Shown: positions 60,201-64,000 of the stretch, in pieces
How positions within the stretch are numbered: position 1 is the first letter of the stretch
Layout of the letters: every line of letters begins with the position of its first letter
DNA from: a virus
DNA length: 64,000 nt
Virus record (IMG/VR): IMGVR_UViG_3300032030_000014
Coordinates: 67,919 to 131,918 of that record
Direction: 5' to 3' (one strand)
Notes under the pieces: generated by a model
Database searches by the model: none
Told to the model about the DNA's origin: nothing
The model's input: the letters and a program-made list of their open reading frames with translations, nothing else
Made by a program: the position numbers and the translations under genes

Positions 60201-62688
60201 TATCCCAATAATAAATCTTAGATATTTTCTCAAATATACTTGTTTTATTTTCACTGGTTACACCACTAAAAATTATACCATCTTCGCCTAAAACGAGTCC
60301 GGCATTATTAAATATATCTTTTAAAGTATAATAATAATAATGTCCCTATCTTTGACTATCTTTTCCATCATCTAACTATCCTTGTTTAAAAGTTACAAAA
60401 TTACTTTCTGTTAATTCACCATTTTCATATTTATCTTCAGCTAAATAAATAGGATAATAATAATCTGTTTCTTGATAAGCCGGTTGCAAAATTTCATTCG
60501 CATTTGAATCTGTACGTTCTGCAACTTTCCAATCAATATCCCAATCAAAATCAGACTAAGTTACATTCTAACCATTCTAATCATAAAGAACAAGCTCTCC
60601 TTCAAGAACTTTTCTATCACCAAGGCTTGAACCATCTAAATGTTCACTTGGTTCAGTATTTAAAACATTTGATGAAACATCAACTGCGTTTTTACCATGA
60701 TGCCAAATTAACTAAATAGTATAATCAGAACCTGATGTTCCAGAAGTGCCAAATACCATCTAAGCTTCTGCGGTATAAGACTAACCATCTTTAATAACCT
60801 CTGCACGAACAGTATTACGTCCCGCATAGCGATTTAAAACAGGCTTAATAAAAAACGCAATTTTTGTTTGATTAGTAATAGTAAAATTATTTTCCTCTGT
60901 TGGATTTGATACGGGCTATGCCGCCGCACTTGCGGGCGTGGCAGGAACAATCATTGTATCACTGCCGCAAGGCACATACCATTTAATACTTGTCCAATCT
61001 GTTAATTCAGCTTTCTAATAAACATTTGGTTCGTTTGGATCAAAAGCAAGCTAAAGAAATCTAATTTCTTTATCCTAATCATTTAAAATTTTATCTGCTC
61101 TATCATATATAAAATAAGTTCCTAAACAATCTGACATTTCACCAGATTCATCCACAAACTGAATAGATAAAGCGTTCATATCAATAACAGATGCTTTATT
61201 TCTAACATCTGTTTTATTTGTAAACTCTAAAATATTACTTACTGCAACTCTTCTATAAATAGGATCGTTTTCTGTGCCTTCATTTTTAACAATAACGACT
61301 TTAATTTTCTCACTTGCATTATTTACATTGGGCCAAAAACGAATTTCTAACTCATTAGTAAAGGTATCTAATTCAGGAGTTGCTGTATTTGGATCTGTAA
61401 CATAATAATCTCCTTCACTATCCATACCACCAGTCCGAGGATAATAAAGACGCTCCCAATGGGCACCAGCATATATATCTGGACTCTAGGCTCCTAATTT
61501 ATATCTATACCAACGTACTTCATAAGTGTCTGGGAATTCATCAGGTTCTACTGCTTTTATTATATCATTTTCAGTATCTTTATGAACCCAACGTAATCCT
61601 ATAATTTTTTCATTATCACTAAATCTCTAAGCATAATCACTATCTGGAGATAAATCACCTTTATAGTAAGTAACTGTACTGGTAGTCATAATAGTAGCCA
61701 TATCTTCATTAAAATCTTCAACTGGAATGCCTAAACATAAATAAGGATCTTTAATAAAAATATTTGGATTTACATTACCAAAACCAGTTGCATCATTATA
61801 TGGAACTCTTTCGCCATTAGCTCCTATAAAATTTTCTCTTTGATATGCAAATAAACGCAATCTTGTAATAGGATAATCTGTATAATCACTTATATCATAT
61901 ACATTTTCTTGTGTATAATAAGTCTCAAAATTATACACATCACCAAAAAATTCTTTACTATCAAAAGTAATAATCTTAGTGAAGCTATTATTTGTATCTG
62001 TTTCAAGACTTTTAAAAGTAATCTCTATAGCTAAACCATAATTACCTGTATAAGTTCCATAATCGGCTAGCCAAGTAGAAAACTATGCAGATAAACCAAG
62101 TCGAGTATATTCTGCCTATGGAATAAAAGTATCATCAAAATCACTATCATATAACACCAAATTATTATATTGGTTTCTTAAATTTTTTCTTTCATCCATA
62201 GTAGATGCAGTTGCTATCTAAGTTAACAATCTATTTGCCGCAAGAAAAATCGTTGATGTCCTAAAATCATTATTATCAATATTCCAAGATAATCCTGTAT
62301 CTGCTGTTGGATCATTAGCCCAATAGCCAATTTCTTCTTTACCCTAAATCAAATTATTGGTAATATTTACTAATCCCTAAAAAGGAGATTTGTAAACCAA
62401 AGGAGTATTAGTATCATCTACCTATTTACCAATAATCATCTTTTGATTATCGTAATTACCCTATGGAATCATAACTAAAACAGCATCATTATTTTTATAT
62501 TCTACTTCGGTACTATATGCTGTAAATTTTGCATTTCCAGTAGAAACAACATAAACTCCTTCTTCAGCTCTTGTTGCATCTACTATTGTTGCATTAATTG
62601 TTTGATCAAATTTTACTGCATCAATTTTTTTATCAATTAATACACTAACAGCATCAAACATTATATCAGCATAATCTTTTTCTGCCAT
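54256..62688 (-). CDS. giant structural protein directly downstream of the tape-measure-like gene, ~2810 aa
   Basis: Nine track ORFs from 62461..62688 down to 54565..54981 share one frame. Hand scans of 61939-62460 and of 54260-54565 found no TAA or TGA until the TGA at 54256-54258 (...VSAENQYGIYARFA). AAAAAGGAGGG ribosome-binding site then ATG at 62688. The other gaps were not scanned. Confidence 0.45.
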
Positions 62689-62719
62689 AGTTATTATCCC
62701 TCCTTTTTCTCATATTTCT

Positions 62720-62749
62720 ATATTAACATAATTTTTTAATTAAGTCAAA
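62720..62749 (-). promoter_or_regulatory. possible sigma-A-like promoter (TTGACT-17-TAATAT) on the minus strand between the tape-measure terminator and the giant gene
   Basis: Reverse complement of 62720-62749 reads ttgacttaattaaaaaattatgttaatat. Coordinates are approximate. Confidence 0.3.
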
Positions 62750-62765
62750 TGTTCTTTTTAGGCCA

Positions 62766-62801
62766 ATAAAAAAAACGGGGAGAGGAATAAATCCTCTCCC
62801 C
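62766..62801 (-). terminator. strong rho-independent terminator after the tape-measure-like gene
   Basis: Stem ggggagagga, loop ataaa, stem tcctctcccc, then nine T on the minus transcript. Confidence 0.6.
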
Positions 62802-62807
62802 TCTGTA

Positions 62808-64000
62808 TTATGAACGATTAGCATATTGAGAAGCACGATTAACAAGATTATTAAATGCTTCTTCAATTTCACTATGATTTGTTGCATTTGGAAATTCTGC
62901 ATGAATTGTAACAGATTGTTCTAAAGTTTGAGAGCCTGCTTCATATGCTGGAGAACTAAGTCCGGTTGAAATATTACTTGCGGCCGCACGCAAATCAATT
63001 GCAGAAGCAAAATCTCTAACTAAAGATATTGCAGAAAGAATATTCTCTGTATCATTTGCATTAAGAACAAGCTCTTTTTCATGCAATACTGCCAATTTAC
63101 CGCTTGAGCCCCAGGTTCCAGTATATCCACCAGAAGCAAATGCCATTTGAACATTATTTCCGCCTCCGCCTCCGCCAGAAGATGAAGAAGTGGATGTCTC
63201 TATAGGAATACTGGCTGCGGCATTGACTGCTTCGGCTGCAGCAGATTCTGCACGGGCTGCATACTCTTCGGCCATTTTAATAGATCTAGCAATAATCTCA
63301 GCAGCAATCTAAACAGCACTAGAAACGGTATCTGCATTATTATGTAAAGCCTCAACTAAACTATTTGCGGCTTCCTAAATAATACCTTCTGCTTCTTGAG
63401 TTGTTTCATCAAAATGCTCTGTTGTTTCATCTGCTAAAGTCTAAAAATCTCCTGTCATAGCTGCTGCGGTATCCTAAATTGACTAAGCTGTGTTAGCAGA
63501 CTATTCAGTATTTTCATCAGTTTTTTCGGTAGATTCTTCTGTTGCTTCCTAGGCACTTTCAGCCTATGCTTTAGCTTCTTCCGCCAATCTATTAGCGTCG
63601 ATCTAAGCATTGGTATTTTCTTCTAATCTTTTAGCAAATTCTTCTAAAGAATATCCTTCTCCAGTAATACCTAATTCAGCCAACCTATCAGATGTATAAT
63701 ACTACTGATCTCCATTAACACCAGCAATTCCTTGTAAAAATGCCATTGCATCAGCAGACCTTGCATCATTATCGCCTCTTGAAGCAATATCCATCAATTC
63801 AAGAATCTAATCATTAGTCCACCATTTATCATTATGACCGCCATTTAACTCTTCTTTCTATGCTCTAAAAAGAAGCTGCTAAATAACATCATTATCAATA
63901 ACACCAGTTTCTAAGAATTTCTAAGTTGCAGCTAATGAATAGTCTTTATTGGCATCAAATTCTTCTTTATTAACGCCAGCCATTTCATTTAATGCGGCAT
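62808..64000 (-). CDS. 3' part of a long alpha-helical A/E/Q-rich structural gene, probably the tail tape-measure protein. The gene continues beyond the window
   Basis: Track ORF 62808..63275 is in frame with the hand-translated 63276-63998 (...NGGHNDKWWTNDQILELMDIASRGDNDARSADAMAFLQGIAGVNGDQQYYTSDRLAELGITGEGYSLEEFAKRLEENTNAQIDANRLAEEAKAQAESAQEATEE...). About 15 TAGs. TAA at 62808-62810. Confidence 0.4.

Noticed and set aside
23444-64000. Interpreting the fragmented minus-strand ORFs as a decayed or pseudogenised prophage remnant under the standard code
   Set aside because: The fragments line up in single frames over up to 8 kb. Interruptions are exclusively TAG, and real ends are TAA or TGA followed by terminators and ribosome-binding sites. 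In the early region the same TAG sits at a catalytically conserved Gln of DnaB. Random decay would not produce this pattern.
1-64000. TGA-sense (code 4 / code 25) recoding
   Set aside because: TGA closes several intact genes (primase 4134-4136, 7126 gene, methyltransferase 9811-9813, polymerase 13857-13859, nrdD, and the 2810-aa gene at 54256), typically directly before a ribosome-binding site or terminator. No ORF needs TGA read-through to be completed.
1-64000. Integrase, transposase, IS elements, toxin-antitoxin or defence systems
   Set aside because: No recombinase, transposase or recognisable defence-system signatures were seen in either strand of this window. The content is replication, nucleotide metabolism and virion structure.

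Overview
This window is a low-GC (~33%) stretch of a large tailed phage or prophage. It only reads as coding if TAG is a sense codon, almost certainly glutamine (genetic code 15-like). TAA and TGA are the true stops.

Four regions:
- 1-19.3 kb, + strand: an early replication and nucleotide-metabolism module. It holds the end of an AAA_24/Sak4-like ATPase, a DnaB helicase, a DnaG-type primase, a RecJ-like DHH exonuclease, a Dda/RecD-like SF1 helicase, an N6-adenine methyltransferase, a 1330-aa DnaE-type Pol III alpha with a PHP domain, NrdD/NrdG anaerobic ribonucleotide reductase, a dUTPase and a RuvC-like resolvase. Three consensus sigma-A promoters (TTGACx-17-TATAAT) and strong AGGAGG ribosome-binding sites point to a Gram-positive (Bacillota) host, and NrdDG suggests it is anaerobic.
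- 19.3-20.3 kb, - strand: two small membrane proteins, each with one N-terminal transmembrane helix, bracketed by hairpin terminators.
- 20.5-23.4 kb, + strand: six small TAG-rich genes. One is a BclA-C-terminal (C1q/TNF-like) domain protein, one a Gly/Trp-rich membrane protein, one Tyr/Gly-rich and one a small HExxH protein. They sit behind a pair of identical inverted repeats.
- 23.4-64 kb, - strand: a ~40 kb late structural block. The 3' end of a tape-measure-like gene is followed by at least twelve genes, including giant putative tail, baseplate or fibre proteins of about 1907, 2653 and 2810 aa. These carry roughly one in-frame TAG per 25-35 codons, which is why the six-frame track shows only short same-frame fragments.

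TAG density is strongly polarised. The polymerase, primase, Dda helicase and methyltransferase have none, DnaB has one, RecJ nine, NrdD four, and the late genes have hundreds. No tRNA, CRISPR array or mobile element was found in the window.

Limits. All giant-ORF boundaries are inferred by hand; stops I derived myself may be off by 1-2 nt. In-frame continuity of the same-frame fragments was checked for the whole 1907-aa gene, for the 33143-34255 and 37499-38393 gaps of the 2653-aa gene, and for 61627-62688 of the 2810-aa gene. The other gaps are inferred from same-frame fragments only.
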